Source: Tubulanus polymorphus (taxonomy: Eukaryota > Animalia > Nemertea). From it: a stretch of DNA of 64,000 nucleotides. How positions within the stretch are numbered: position 1 is the first letter of the stretch; each line of letters begins with the position of its first letter. The DNA is taken from NCBI RefSeq assembly GCF_964204645.1, contig NC_134029.1:15618950-15682949 (forward strand), written 5' to 3'. The position numbers and the translations under genes are program-made. Shown piece by piece: positions 35,844 through 48,424 of the stretch. The notes under the pieces are model-generated. The model was not told the DNA's origin. It was given only the letters and a program-made list of their open reading frames with translations, and ran no database searches.

Positions 35844-36117
35844 AAATATAAAGTTAAAATTAACGATATATAACCAGAAAACAAGCTTAACTTTTGAAAT
35901 GAAGACGGTATTGAATTCTAAATTACATTTCAGCAAAAGTGGTGACATGTATATTGGTTATACATGTAATTGTAATTGATAAGTTAGGATACATTGACCC
36001 AGCCTGCCCGGCGAGGCGGGACTTATTCCTTTTCCCAAACTGGAACTTCCGATTATCTCAACGAAGTCTCAAGGTCAATGGACCTCTTGTATATATTTCC
36101 CTTGTGAAATTACGATC

Positions 36118-36336
36118 GTATTCTCTTTCAAATATCTTTTTATATTGAGAAATTCTTACTTTTGACCAACTTTATATTAAGGTTCACCAAAATCATCTAC
36201 CAGAAATGCTCCATATAAATTATTCCAAACAATTTCAGCATTTTCAGGTTTTCCCGAATTGGTTTCATTCCAATAGATGATAAGAAATATTATTTCCTTC
36301 TACTAATTTTGGTAAAATAACAATCCATTCATAAGT
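36118..36336 (-). pseudogene. Polinton integrase C-terminal fragment
   Basis: Manual translation across frameshifts: TYEWIVILPKLVE..NNISYH.IGMKP...EIVWNNLYG...YKVGQKVRISQYKKIFEREY, matching the YNxxxHxxIxMxP and KVGDxVRIS motifs. Confidence 0.7.
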
Positions 36337-36802
36337 ATTATTTGCTGTGAAATATTTCGACATTTGTATTCTGTGTTTTTTTCTCATTATTCAGCAAAGG
36401 GCCTAACAGTTCATGCAAGAAAAACCACATCAGTCGAGATGAGATTACCCTTGCAGTTGTAGGCCTAGGTCGTTGATACGAATCCTGTAGGGGAAGATCT
36501 CCAAATTGTTCTATTAAATCGATTTTTGTATTCAAATCTTGATTGATATAAACATCTTGGCTGGGAAGTGATGGAAAACATCAGAAACTAGTTTCGTCTT
36601 TAACAGATTCGCAATAATGAGGTTTAACAATATAAATAATGTAGCTTAATCGTTTGGCAGAAAAATGAAATCTAAGATCTTAAGTCTGTGGTTCTCCCAA
36701 TCAACATCGTCATAGAAAATTTGCTGGCAGATATAAAACAATAACCGCTTAGTACCTTACCACGGTATAATCTACCAATGCTTCAAGGCCGCAGTGGCTG
36801 GT

Positions 36803-37085
36803 CTTTTTGCTCCGTGACCGACGGTCCGTGGAGCTAATGGGTTAGGGAGTAAGCCGTCGTCCGTCCATTTGTTTGTTCGTTCGTTCGTGCGTCTGTCAAC
36901 TTTTTCTTCAAGTTGCTACTAGTCCTACAGTTTTATTCAGATCAATTCCAAATTTGGTTTGAATTCCAAATTTGGTTTGAATGTTCTATGCACCAAGGCC
37001 TATAATGTTGCAGAGCCATTTTTTATTCGTTCACCAGGGGCGCCCCTGGGGTGGAGTTTCTATTTCTTCAAATTGCTGATAGTCC
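36803..37085 (+). mobile_element. HINE/DINE-like 5' fragment
   Basis: TTTTTGCTCCGTG...CGTGGAGCTAA hairpin followed by CGTCCGTCC/GTTC microsatellite. Confidence 0.45.
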
Positions 37086-37134
37086 TAACAACTAGTTGTC
37101 TCCAGTCGCTCTATGTTCACTCAGCTTAAGATCT

Positions 37135-38113
37135 CCCATCATTTTATCATTAGCAATTATATCAATTATCATTTCTTGAACTCATAAATTGTATGAGTGC
37201 TTTATCAGAAAATATATTTAAATCATCTAATTCTTGATCTGTTGTGTCTAAAAATCCAATATCTAGTTGTGTAAGATCATTTTTTCTTATTTATTTAACT
37301 CTTGATTGTTCTTATTTAATTAAAGTTGATTTTGTTATCACGTTATCAAGACTTTTGTCAGAAGAAATTTTAGAATAATAACCATTTTTAAAATGCCAAT
37401 AATATTCACCATTTGAATATCTCAAATCTGGTACTAAATTGTGCACCTTTATTAGTTGTATTAAATCCAGTTTCTTTTTTTATTTCTCTTTTAAATCATC
37501 AATTAATTCATTATGAAGTAATTCTTTTTAATCAAAAAATTCTTTAATTGAAATTTTCAATTTTGCCTTTTTTCTATATATTCTTCTGCTGCTTGATTAT
37601 ATTTTTCTTATATCTAAATATAATAGCTACAGGACCAATTTTACTATTTCCTGTTTCAAATATTTCAATTATATCTTTAATTTCAGATGCGTTCATATAA
37701 TTCCTAACATTTTCCATATAAGGCTTATTTGAATTAGATTTAGTTTTCAAAACTGGCCTTTTGATAGATTTTTTACTTGAGATTTATCATCAAATAATCG
37801 GTCAATAAAAATTTTTGCTTAAATTCTGTTGATGGTTTTGTGATTCAATGCGTTTAGTTATAAATTCATCACAAACATCACATTTAATTCTATTATTATT
37901 TTTCATATTTTTTAATTGTTCTCTTTCATAAGAATTTTCAGGTGTTTCGAAATCTATGACATTCATGGCGAGCTTTATTAAATTTAGTGCTATATTTTTA
38001 CAATATAGGCAATAACATTCATTTTTGTTATCATCTATTTTTTTTCCGTTAGGATCTTTCAATCTCTCATTTATAAGGAAAAAACTACGAGTGCATGCGA
38101 CTAAAGGAAACAA
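37135..38113 (-). pseudogene. Fragments of a more diverged Polinton relative (coiled-coil gene and a CxxC ORF)
   Basis: 37140-37480 aligns by eye with 2580-2990 at lower identity (TTTATCAGAAAATATATTTAAATC, AAATGCCAATAATA); ORF 37802..38113 has CLYC and CDVC. Confidence 0.6.
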
Positions 38114-38199
38114 AAAATATTTAAAAAGCGACCAATATCTTAGAACAAAGCAAAAAATATATTAACTTTTAGGTCAGCCTTAAGCTAAAATTATTGGAT

Positions 38200-38852
38200 T
38201 TATTTATGAATATCTGTTTTAAAAAGCCAATCAGAAAGCAAAGACACATCTATGATTGGCTTAGCCGCAGAGATCAGCAGGTATTCGCGCGAACCCGCTG
38301 TATCGTCTACTATTTTACTTCCAGGTTTTATTTTAAGATCTAAAATTGCATTTCGAGATCGATTTCTGTGAAATATTTAGTCGATTTGGTTTTTGGGAGG
38401 AATAATTTTATTTGTACTACAGATTATATCATTGACAATTATGCAACGTCCGGGAAAAATAGCTTTTTCTCAATACGGATGGATGGATGCCATGAGGTCA
38501 AACTGCAAATTCAATCAAATTTTATTCTGCAAAAGACATCAAATCCAATTTAATTTTACTGAACAAATAAAACATTAAATCCAATTCAGTTTTGTTTTAT
38601 TGAGAAAATTTCAGAAAATTCAATTCAATTCCGCATTCAAATCAATAAGACCAAGGGAAAAGATTTAGCTGTCGTATTTATCAGCTCCCAGTCAGTGCTA
38701 CTTACGAAAATACGATTGTATTGTATAAATTATAGGTATTCATTCTGAGCTTGGACTGTATTTTGACAGCTAGATATAACCCACAGAATTCACCACTTGC
38801 CATTTTCTGAAAAGTTGACAGGCTGGCCATAGTGCCCCATGGGGCTCTTGTT
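38200..38852 (+). mobile_element. HINE-like element 3' portion, family D
   Basis: Similar to 54300-54945 (AAAAGCCAATCAGAAAGCAAAGAC...GCCATAGTGCCCCwTGGGGCTCTTGTT) with a terminal palindrome followed by TT. Confidence 0.65.
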
Positions 38853-39642
38853 CAAATTTTAAAACTTTTAATTGTCATTTTATTTTTTGGTTTTTTATAT
38901 TTTTTCAACAATTTCTAAACCATAATTACCGTCTTCAATTTTTCCATGATAAATAATCTTAAAGCCTTCTAAATCTTCTAATTCATCATATTCAATGTAA
39001 CCGAATTATCAGGTAGAAATACCCTAATTTCACAAGTTGGAACTTTCCAGAAACAATCTAGAAAATGATGGAATTTCTAATCCTAATTCTGGCATAGTCC
39101 GTACATTTGGTTTGTTGCTAGTTGTTGCTAGTTATAAGTTGTTAGCTGTTGTTGTACAGCATCGTAATCGTGGACGATATTTATACCAGCTTGCATAAAC
39201 ATTAAAAATAAGTTTATCTGTTGGACATCGGTCTTCTTTGGTGAATCGTCTTGAGTGGAAGATGGACCTCTACTCAACGGTTCGCAGCAGAGAGCGATTT
39301 ATAGAATTTTTGATACCTTTTCCAAGCGCGTCGATGCGCGCGGGGTACTAGCTCACTAGCAACTAGTTGTCCCCAGTCGCTCTATGTACGCTCGGCTTAG
39401 CATCTAAGCTTAAGGTGTCATCTTGTAAAACTTATGCATATCGATATTTCGCCAAATAAAAAAGCCAGGCCCATCACATACAGCTCGTGATTAAATTCAA
39501 CGCTAAGTCCAAAAATGAAGGATTAATTTGCTTCAACTAAATTATGGATCGTCTTTCTGTCTTGTAGGTTCTTATTCTTTGATGTGTCCGGATGGCCCCG
39601 GTTACACAATGGGTCCGGATGGTGGAATGAATGGTAATTAGG

Positions 39643-39646
39643 TATA

Positions 39647-39738
<92 letters not shown>

Positions 39739-39772
39739 GTATATATATATATATATACATACATACATATAT
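39643..39772. repeat. (TA)n microsatellite with TACA variants
   Basis: Direct observation. Confidence 0.98.
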
Positions 39773-40029
39773 AGCTGTCGGCTATTATCGAAGTAGCGCC
39801 AAGAGTACTCGCTTATATGTGGAATTAGTTGCATGCACAAACAGCAACAAATTGTTTAATAATACAGTTGTATATCAATCCACAATCAATCAAATCATAC
39901 AATTGGCTTCATCCTAATGACCTAATTCGAAATAAGGTACACTTCTCACACTGTCGAAATAGTAACATAGACTTCGTATCTTAACGTGTGCATTCCATTA
40001 TGTCCATTATCTTACATTATTCCTTAAAG

Positions 40030-40152
40030 ATGTGGATGAATGCGATGAAATGGACGCTTGTGCAAATGGAATGTGTATAAATACGGATGGTTCTTATCGC
40101 TGTGAATGCAAAACCGGCTACATGTTATTACCCGATGGGAAAACATGTATAG
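40030..40152 (+). CDS. FBN: Fibrillin exon, cbEGF domain
   Basis: AG|..|GT, phase 1, 123 nt: [41 protein letters not shown]. Confidence 0.92.
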
Positions 40153-41002
40153 GTAAGTATTACTTGCAAGAGTGAATTAGGAAATGCACAGGTGCTTGTT
40201 CAGGACTGATTCTGAATCCACAAAAAAATAAATGGAATCCTGTGATGAAAAAAAGTTCAAATTTTACTAAAGATAAAATATACTAGAATGGTACTATGTA
40301 GTTTAGTTAGTTTAGGTAGTCATTATACTTCATTCGAGATATAAAGTATACTAGTCAAAATATGAAGTATTAGAATAAAATTAGAATAAAAGATATTAGA
40401 ATATAATGGATAATTAAAAATTATATATTTATATTCAGATCTAATCAAAATGTATTTAATCTATTATTCAGATTTATTAGGATTTGAATAAAAATATATT
40501 AAAATTATAGAATATAATAGCTACTTGAAGATATATAATTTGTAATATTTCTTAATTAAATTACATTGTTCTTTAGCCGTTTATAGTAAAGAAATTAAAA
40601 CCGTACTATAGTAGAAGTTAGGTGCTATAAGGAAAAATGCCTGTCCGAATTATTTCATCCCATTTCAAATAACCACGATCACATCACGTACAATTATTTG
40701 TTAAAATATAATTCGTTAGCGTAATTGGTAAGTTTCTAACAGTAATGCAACGACGTCACACATCGGTGGCGGCGCTACTAGTAGTCAGTTTTCAAGATAC
40801 TACACGCATTGTGGACGATGAATTTGCCGTTTTCCAACGGCTCAACTAATAAACTACTATAATCAAGATGTTTGGTACTGATCCATTAATTAATCACCCC
40901 TCAACAAATTAAAACTGAGAGTGCCATTTTGATGGAGGTATGCTAGTTACCCTTTAAGTAAAAACGACCCAGTATATGTTTTGATCTTATATTGCTACGT
41001 AG

Positions 41003-41125
41003 ATGAAGATGAATGTGCTCGCCACATTGCTCCGTGTGGCCAAGGAGAATGCAAAAATTATGCTGGTGGATTTAGATGTATATGCTCAAATGGATTCCAA
41101 CCAGGATCGACTGGGTCATGTGAAG
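41003..41125 (+). CDS. FBN: Fibrillin exon, cbEGF domain
   Basis: AG|..|GT, 123 nt: DEDECARHIAPCGQGECKNYAGGFRCICSNGFQPGSTGSCE. Confidence 0.92.
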
Positions 41126-41276
41126 GTATGATAAATGTAATTGATGATGTATAATGTATGAGTCGATGTAGAAATCTATTTTATTTTTCTTAAAAACCAT
41201 AATGTTAGTAAATTTAGTAGTGTTAGTAATCCTTTAGTAAATGGTCATTTCCTGTTTGTTACACATTCTGCTTTAG

Positions 41277-41399
41277 ATAGAGACGAATGCTCCGATGGTG
41301 AAGTGCAGTGTGCGTATAGATGCCAAAACACACGAGGGTCGTATCGTTGTATCTGTCCTTTAGGTTACAAATTGGCAGATGATGCTATACATTGTGAAG
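41277..41399 (+). CDS. FBN: Fibrillin exon, cbEGF domain
   Basis: AG|..|GT, 123 nt: DRDECSDGEVQCAYRCQNTRGSYRCICPLGYKLADDAIHCE; the short CAYRC spacing matches the CAFRC cbEGF of fibrillins. Confidence 0.93.
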
Positions 41400-41880
41400 G
41401 TAATCTATCAAATAATCCATGGTGCTTCTTCCCGTTATATGAAGGGAGATACTTTATTTCCCGAAGAGATTTGATAACGGTCTGTTAACAGACCGATATC
41501 AATATATCAAATCTCTTATGTGTTTCAAAAGTTTTTTTGGCAAGCATAAGCGTAAGATACTGTCTCCTTTTCAATTTGGATTCAGAAAAAAAACCCACTA
41601 AAAATTTACTAAAACATGGCTATTGTGGACAATAATAGATAAAATCATCAAAAAATTAGGCTATGGAAAATCTACTTTAGGAAATATGTTAAGGCATTTT
41701 ACGTGCGTGAATCATGGTATTCTATTGGTATTCTTCGCCGGTATGGCTAAAGAGATATACAACTACTATGGTTTTAACTGCAATTGTAATAGCATAATCA
41801 CATAAATTTAATAGAATGGCGAAAAGGAAACAGGCTTTCATTGAATTTAAAAAAAAAACTCATTTCATATTTATTTTCAG

Positions 41881-41997
41881 ATATTGATGAATGTTCTGGA
41901 AACCATGGATGTCCATATGAGTGTAAGAACCTTGTCGGAAATTTCATGTGCATCTGTCCGGAGGGCTATTTGATGCAAGGAAAAGACAATTGCAGAG
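41881..41997 (+). CDS. FBN: Fibrillin exon, cbEGF domain
   Basis: AG|..|GT, 117 nt: DIDECSGNHGCPYECKNLVGNFMCICPEGYLMQGKDNCR. Confidence 0.92.
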
Positions 41998-44900
41998 GTA
42001 AGGTAAAAAAATTTGGTAATGCTTCAATACAGCGTAAAATGGATATAAAAACGATGTTTTATTTAGACTACACAATTTCAATATTTCGTATTAAGACCGA
42101 ATTAAAGTATGGGATCAAAAGATTAAGAGGAATCTCCCAAAAAGTTCGATGTCAGACAAACATGATTTGAATAGACCTTAATACAGTTAATCCAGATTAT
42201 AGTATTACAGTATTCACTATTATAGTATTCATATCCTCCCGCCGCCAAATGGCAGTGTTTTAATACATATACCGGTAAGAAGATTTTCAATTGGTCTTCA
42301 TTAAAATTCAAGTATTCGTATACAGCATATTACAACATCATACATGCTTACAATTACATAATAGTTACAATATAAATGTCTACGTGAACCTCATTAGTTA
42401 CTCATCATCCTCATCATCCTCCCGCCCCGCCAAAGTAGCAATCTTTCTACGAGCATCAATTGCAGCACGCCATATTGGCCGTACCAATGAATTAGTCTCA
42501 ACTGAAGAGGTATCGATTTCCTTATCAGGGATCGAAGGAGTAGAACATAAAATTTCCAATGGAAATAATTTTGATATTGGTCGCGACGTAAATCCTGAAG
42601 AAGTTTTCAATGAAACTGACCGAACTAAGCCATCATAACCCGTATGCAGTTCTGTTATAATCCCTTATCGCCACTTTGTACGAGGACCCTCATCGTGAAT
42701 TTGAACTACTTCACCTATGAAAATCTCGTAAACTCAATAAATACTCATTTTTCCAACGTTCCCAAAAACCATGAAGTAATGTTGATAAAAATTTTAATCT
42801 ATCAACCAACATAGAATGATCAACAATAAAATCGGGGTCTAATAAATCTTCAGAAACGTCAGGATGAGGTAAAGTTGTTAATTTATGACCACACAAAAAC
42901 AAAGATGGAGTTAACGGCTCTGGGTCTCCAATTTCTGTTGAAACATATGTAATTGGTCGGTCATTTAAATGAGCCTCAATATCAATTAACAATGTATTCA
43001 GTTCGTCGAAAGTGATCGAAGCTCTCTCTACCTAATGCTTTCTTTAAGCAGTTTTTAACCAGACCCACGATTCTCTCATAGAATCCACCGTGCCAGGAGG
43101 CACGTTTAGGTATGAATTGCCACATTATACCGCGATCTGCCGAAAAGCGACATACTTCCTCTGAAGAGAATAAATTTTTAAGGTTCTCATTTGCACAAGT
43201 GAAAGTTGAAGCGTTGACCGAAATTAGACGTGTAGGTAGGGATCTTCTGGCTACAAACCTTCTCAAAGCTAATAAAAATTGCTCAGTTGTTAGGTCGCTA
43301 ACCAGTTCTAAATGAACTGCACGGGTGACTGCACACGTGAATAAACAGACATGACATTTTCGATCACCATTTTGAGATTTAACAGTCATTGGACCAAGGT
43401 AGTCCACACCCGTAAAATGAAAGCAATTAGATTGCGTAACTCGACTAATTGGTAACGGAGGTGGATTCGGCAAGAAAAAAGGTCGACAATGTACTTTACA
43501 AAAACCACACGCCTAGTCAGATAACGTTTATCAAGTTGTCTGATTTGAGGAATCCAATACTTCTCACGAATTTTGCAAATTGTAGAGCTCAAACCATTAT
43601 GTAAGTTGGCGAAATGAGCACGACGGATAAACAATTTCGTCAAATCATGATACTTAGAGAGAAGTATTGGATCCTTCGCAGTATCCGGTATCGGTGCGTT
43701 TTCGAAACGCCCGTGACAACGAATTATATCATTTCTATCTATGTACAGTTGTAACTGATAGGTAAGCGGTGTGAACTGTTTTTATTACATATTAACTGTT
43801 CTCTAATTTCCGAAAACTGCTCAAATTGCATGGCTCTAACTATCTTAATATCTGCATTCTCAATTTCTTCAGCCGTAACTGAAGATGTAACACGTTCGCT
43901 TGCTGCTGCACGGCAGTTAGATATCGATAAACTAACGCTGTAACTCGTAAAAGTTTCGTCAAAGACGAATGTTCTCTAGCAAATAAAAAGTCGAGCATAT
44001 GACTCCTATCTTCTGAAGCTGGAGATTTAAGATTTTGCTCTGCTATTACTGATGAATGAAGCGCCAGAAGTGATAATGATGTAACCGGTTTCTGTTCACT
44101 AGTTAACCATTGAGGTCCTTGGAACCATTCGGAATTTTGAACTAGGTTTGATTTATCAAATCCCCGGGTAAGAACATCTGCAGGGTTCTCCGAAGTTTGA
44201 CAGTAATACCAGTTTTCTCCCACTAATCTCCGAATCTCATTCACTCTATTTTGCACAAATTCAGGCAACTTCTTCTTGGACTTTATCCAACTTAGAGCAA
44301 TTTGGCTGTCACTATACAAATGAACAGAAACTGGTGTAACATCTGTTAATGCTTCACTAATATGATGAGACATACAAGCTGCTATAGGAGTAGCTAATAA
44401 CTCAGGTCGAGGTATCGTCATATCTCTTAAAGGAGTTACTCTAGATCTTGACAATATCAGTGTACTTTCAGTACACCACACTTAAGATACGAGACGGCAC
44501 CGTATACCATCTTGCTGGCATCCGCAAATGTATGCAGTTCTATCCTATCTGAATCCCTGTTATGAAAGTAACATCTTGGAATATGAAAATCAGAAACTAC
44601 ATTTAATTCGGATGCTATTTGCTTCCATTGTTGACACAGATCAGGTGGCAATAGTGTATCCCAATCAAAGTTTTGCCTCCACAAATTTTGAGCGAGAATC
44701 TTTGCCTTTATAGTCAATGGAGTAATTAAACCTAAAGGATCGTAGATTCTTGACAAGTTTTGGATTACTACCCTCTTAGTTAAAGGCACATCAGCATCAA
44801 TAAATTTGGGTGTTAGAGATAAAGTGTCTCGATCTGTGTCCCAACGAATGCCAAGCGAGTCTATAGTCAAGGAATTCTCTAAGACGCCATCTATACTGGC

Positions 44901-47778
44901 GAGCTTGCGAATTTCTTCGCTATTTGACGACCAAGATCTCAAATTGAATCTGCCGTCAGCTAGTATCGTACGTGACTGTGTGTAGTAAGTTTTAGCCTCA
45001 GCTTCAGAAGGAACTGAAGTCAAAACGTTATCGACGTAAATGTTCTTACCTAAATTAGAAGAAGTCTCACTACCATTCTGTTTCAGATGATGCAGTACTG
45101 TGCTGTTCAAAATGAAAGGAGATGAAGTTGCTCCAAATAGGACTCTTTTGAAACGATATATTTCAAATTTTGAATTTGCATCATCTGGATTACTAAGCCA
45201 GAAAAATCTAGTCGCATCCCTGTCTTTCGGATGTAAGCCAATCTGCAAAAAGGCCTCCTCTATGTCGGCGGCCAATCCGACGTCAAAGAAACGGAATCTC
45301 AATAGAATTGATGTTAATTCATTTAATAGAGAAGGGCCCGAATCAAGACAATCATTAAGGCTAGGATTATCCGAAGTCCGAAAACCGCAATCGAAAACGA
45401 TCCGAATTGGCGTGGTATTTGAATCTCGAAAGACAGGGTGATGCGCCAAATAGTGGATTCTATCAGACTTTGACAACTCAGAATCTGGCACTTTCTCGAT
45501 AAACCCTTTCTCTAATTGATCGGAGATTATGTTAGGATACACTCTCAGCATATCTGGAGTTCTCGCTAAACGTTGCACAGTACCACGAGTACGGTTTGAG
45601 ACTGCATTGTAATTGTTTGGCAGAGGAGGATGATCCTCTCGCCACGGAAACCTTGCTTGGTACCTGTTATCCCTTTCTTTATCGATATCGTTTGAACAGT
45701 AATTATCAAGAAATTTCCGATCGGAATCATGTGTACACTCTGGCATTATACCTATAGACTCTAATGACCAAAAATCCGATGAATCAGATTGAGAAGTAAG
45801 ATTGATTAAAACATTAATCGAATGAAATAAAGAAAGGTCAACAGGGCCAGCAATCAAATAACCTAATTTAGATTTTAGAGCAATCGGGCCAGATTCCGTT
45901 CGAATAATTTCGTCACCAATGAACTGATAATAGAAATCTGCACCGATGAGTAACTCAACCTCAAAGTTCTCGGAATGATCGACACAATGGGCTAACGTAA
46001 GCCCTTTAAATTCGGGTAATTCAACAGTACTAGCAGGTATCAATAGTGGTTCAGTAATCTCGTCTATCACTAAAGCTTAAATAGTAACAGTCGAGCCATC
46101 TATGCAATGGACACGAATATCAACAACATCAAAAAATCGTATCTGAGAGTTAGAACTAAATGCCGAAACTTTTAAACTATGACGAGCGTAGATTTCTAAA
46201 TTCTAATGAGTCTACAACCTTCCTAGATACAAACGTTCTTTGTGACCCGTCGTCAAACAAAATATTACAAATTTTAGATTCATTTTGACCTGAAATTTTA
46301 GCTACTGCTGTTTTCAACAAAACAGAAGTAGCCTAAACTGAATGATTTGAACTTTCATATACCGATGAATCTGTACAATTATAGTGATTGACTGACAGCG
46401 TAGGTTGTTTCGGTTCGGTTTGGGTGATGACTGTAGAATAACCTGGCGCATCTCTAGACTCCGGTATAACTATATTACTGTAATTCGAAGGTTTGATTTC
46501 TGGAGTAGGAGAAATGATACCTTGTGTACGTAGTTGATGAGTTTTCTCTCGAGTAAAACATAGACTTGAGTGATGTTTCTTCGAACAAAAACGGCAGCGG
46601 CCAGTTGATTTACAATCTTTCACTAGGTGATCACACAAACAGTTGAAACACCTCCTTGCATCTCTAACTAATTTCAACCTCTGTTGAATATCGGTAACGG
46701 TAGGGCAATCTGAAGAAAAATGTGCAGAATTAGTACAGAAAATACAAAACTTTCGCTTCTCTCTTGAATATTTTTGACTATGATAAGTCTTTCTGGGATT
46801 CACTGACTTGGCGTTTGTTAGTAACGAGGTAACATCGGCGTCACATGCAAGCTTAGAAGAGGAAACTTCATTGAATTTATCGCACGATTCGAATATTTGT
46901 AGCTCCTCTAATATGGCACAACGAAGTTCATCTAATGACCAATCGGATATAACTTGTTACACGAACGGGCGATTGTTCGACGAAAATTTAACGGCAATTT
47001 GTCCAACATAATTGGCACTAATAACGAGCCATACGAGGATGGTGGTCTACCGACGGACTCCAGATGACGAATATAACTTTCGGTTTGATCATAGAAATGT
47101 CTCAGTGATACATGATCGTTAGATGGAGGAGATATTTCTAATAAAGCGCGTAAATAACGCTGTTCAATTTTCTGAGATTGGCCGAAGCGCTGCTTCAGTA
47201 ATTTAATGGCTGTACGATAATTCTCTTCGGTTAATGTTAACCCGTCTATACAGCCCTTTGCTTCTCCTAATAACTGACATTTCAAATATGCAAATTTTTC
47301 GACATCAGAGAATGAGCTGCTACTATATACTGCAGACCCCAGAAGGTTTGCCAGTTCAAAATATTCCCGTCGAACTTGGGCAATTGCAATTTCGGTAGTG
47401 TCGATTTTTTAATATCAGATGTATACCTTTTCGGAGTAGATTCAGTTTTTCGTGAGTTTTTCTATTCTTTTTGAATATGTCATTATTTCTCCAAATAAAC
47501 CAGATAAATACGTCTCACCTTCCATCACGTGCGACGTTATATCTTCATCGGACTCCAGAAGTTCAAGTAACTGTGCGTTGATGTTTTCCAGTTGCGTCAA
47601 TTTCCGCTTGAGAGTTTCTAATGCAATGGGGTTGCTTTCAGGACATCTTGTTTTTCGACGTGGGATTTCACATCCCCTAGAATTTTTGTCGCCACTCCAC
47701 GGTTTGCCGTTCTGCTGGCTTTCTGCTTTCTCAAAGAATCAGACATCTCGGATTCAGAATCTCATTTCTACAACTCTA

Positions 47779-47793
47779 CGGCTCGAGGGACCA
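47779..47793 (-). promoter_or_regulatory. Primer-binding site, tRNA-Tyr-like
   Basis: Minus strand TGGTCCCTCGAGCCG directly after the LTR; compare the tRNA-Tyr 3' end ...CGGCTCGAAGGACCA. Confidence 0.75.
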
Positions 47794-48031
47794 TGTAAAC
47801 GCCTTCCCTGCTAGACTCAGAACGAACGACGAAACGACTGTATTAGAAGACGTCTAGTTTATTTCTCACTCACAGTACAGGGCTCAACAGTAAAAATACT
47901 TGTGTTCAATGATGTGTAAATCACAAACTGCTTTAACATACATAAAGGAGAATTCATGCTTGAAAATGTATACACTGAATACAGTTAATCCAGATTATAG
48001 TATTACAGTATTCACTATTATAGTATTCACA
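47794..48031 (-). repeat. 5' LTR of the BEL/Pao element (238 bp, TG...CA)
   Basis: Abuts the PBS; 47978-48031 matches 42180-42233. Confidence 0.8.
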
Positions 48032-48424
48032 TCCTACCAAGTGAAAAGTATTTTTGTTACCCCATCCTGTACGCCTGAAATCGTCGGCAAGGTTTTCTAA
48101 CCTAACCTTTTTTCGATGAGGTATTGTGCAAGATTTGCATAGTAAGATAAACCGAGGTCTTGACAGTGTAACAATCTAACCGATAATAAGGGTATACAAA
48201 TAAATGACCGACACTAGACTACACATGTAAGTACATTATCTATGATCTATGTGGGACGCAAAGACCAGAGACAGATAAATATATACAGCGTCTAAGGAAA
48301 ACTATACGGAAATTTAAACTTCAATAAATTCCTGATTGTTCCCAAAATTTTTACATTTTTCACACATTTGAAACACAAGTTGTCAATTTAGCCAATAAAG
48401 ATTTAATCCTTAGGCCTCGTAAAG

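Larger units (their letters stand above)
13500..35873 (+). mobile_element. Endogenous Polinton/Maverick (adintovirus-like) element, copy 2, interrupted by nested insertions at 15217-30742
   Basis: 13770-15218 is the reverse complement of ~7596-5975, and 30743-35873 of ~5224-550; homology ends just before the integrase start. Confidence 0.88.
42180..48031 (-). mobile_element. BEL/Pao LTR retrotransposon, near full length, decayed
   Basis: Gag with CCHC knuckles (46333-47400), protease ILFDDGSQRTF (~46230-46270), RT LAADIEEAFLQI...IYVDN, RNase H LHTFADAS, integrase TGVDYLGP...CAVTRAVHLELV...WHGGFYER; 5' LTR 47794-48031, PBS, PPT GGCGGCGGGAGGA near 42234-42246, 3' LTR remnant 42180-42233. Confidence 0.95.

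Noticed and set aside
1-35873. Phage, giant-virus or bacterial contaminant contig
   Set aside because: The genes are pseudogenised and interleaved with repeats that recur in the fibrillin introns; the integrase, pPolB and capsid set is Polinton-type.
39523-39840. 105-aa ORF with YI repeats
   Set aside because: Translation of the (TA)n microsatellite.
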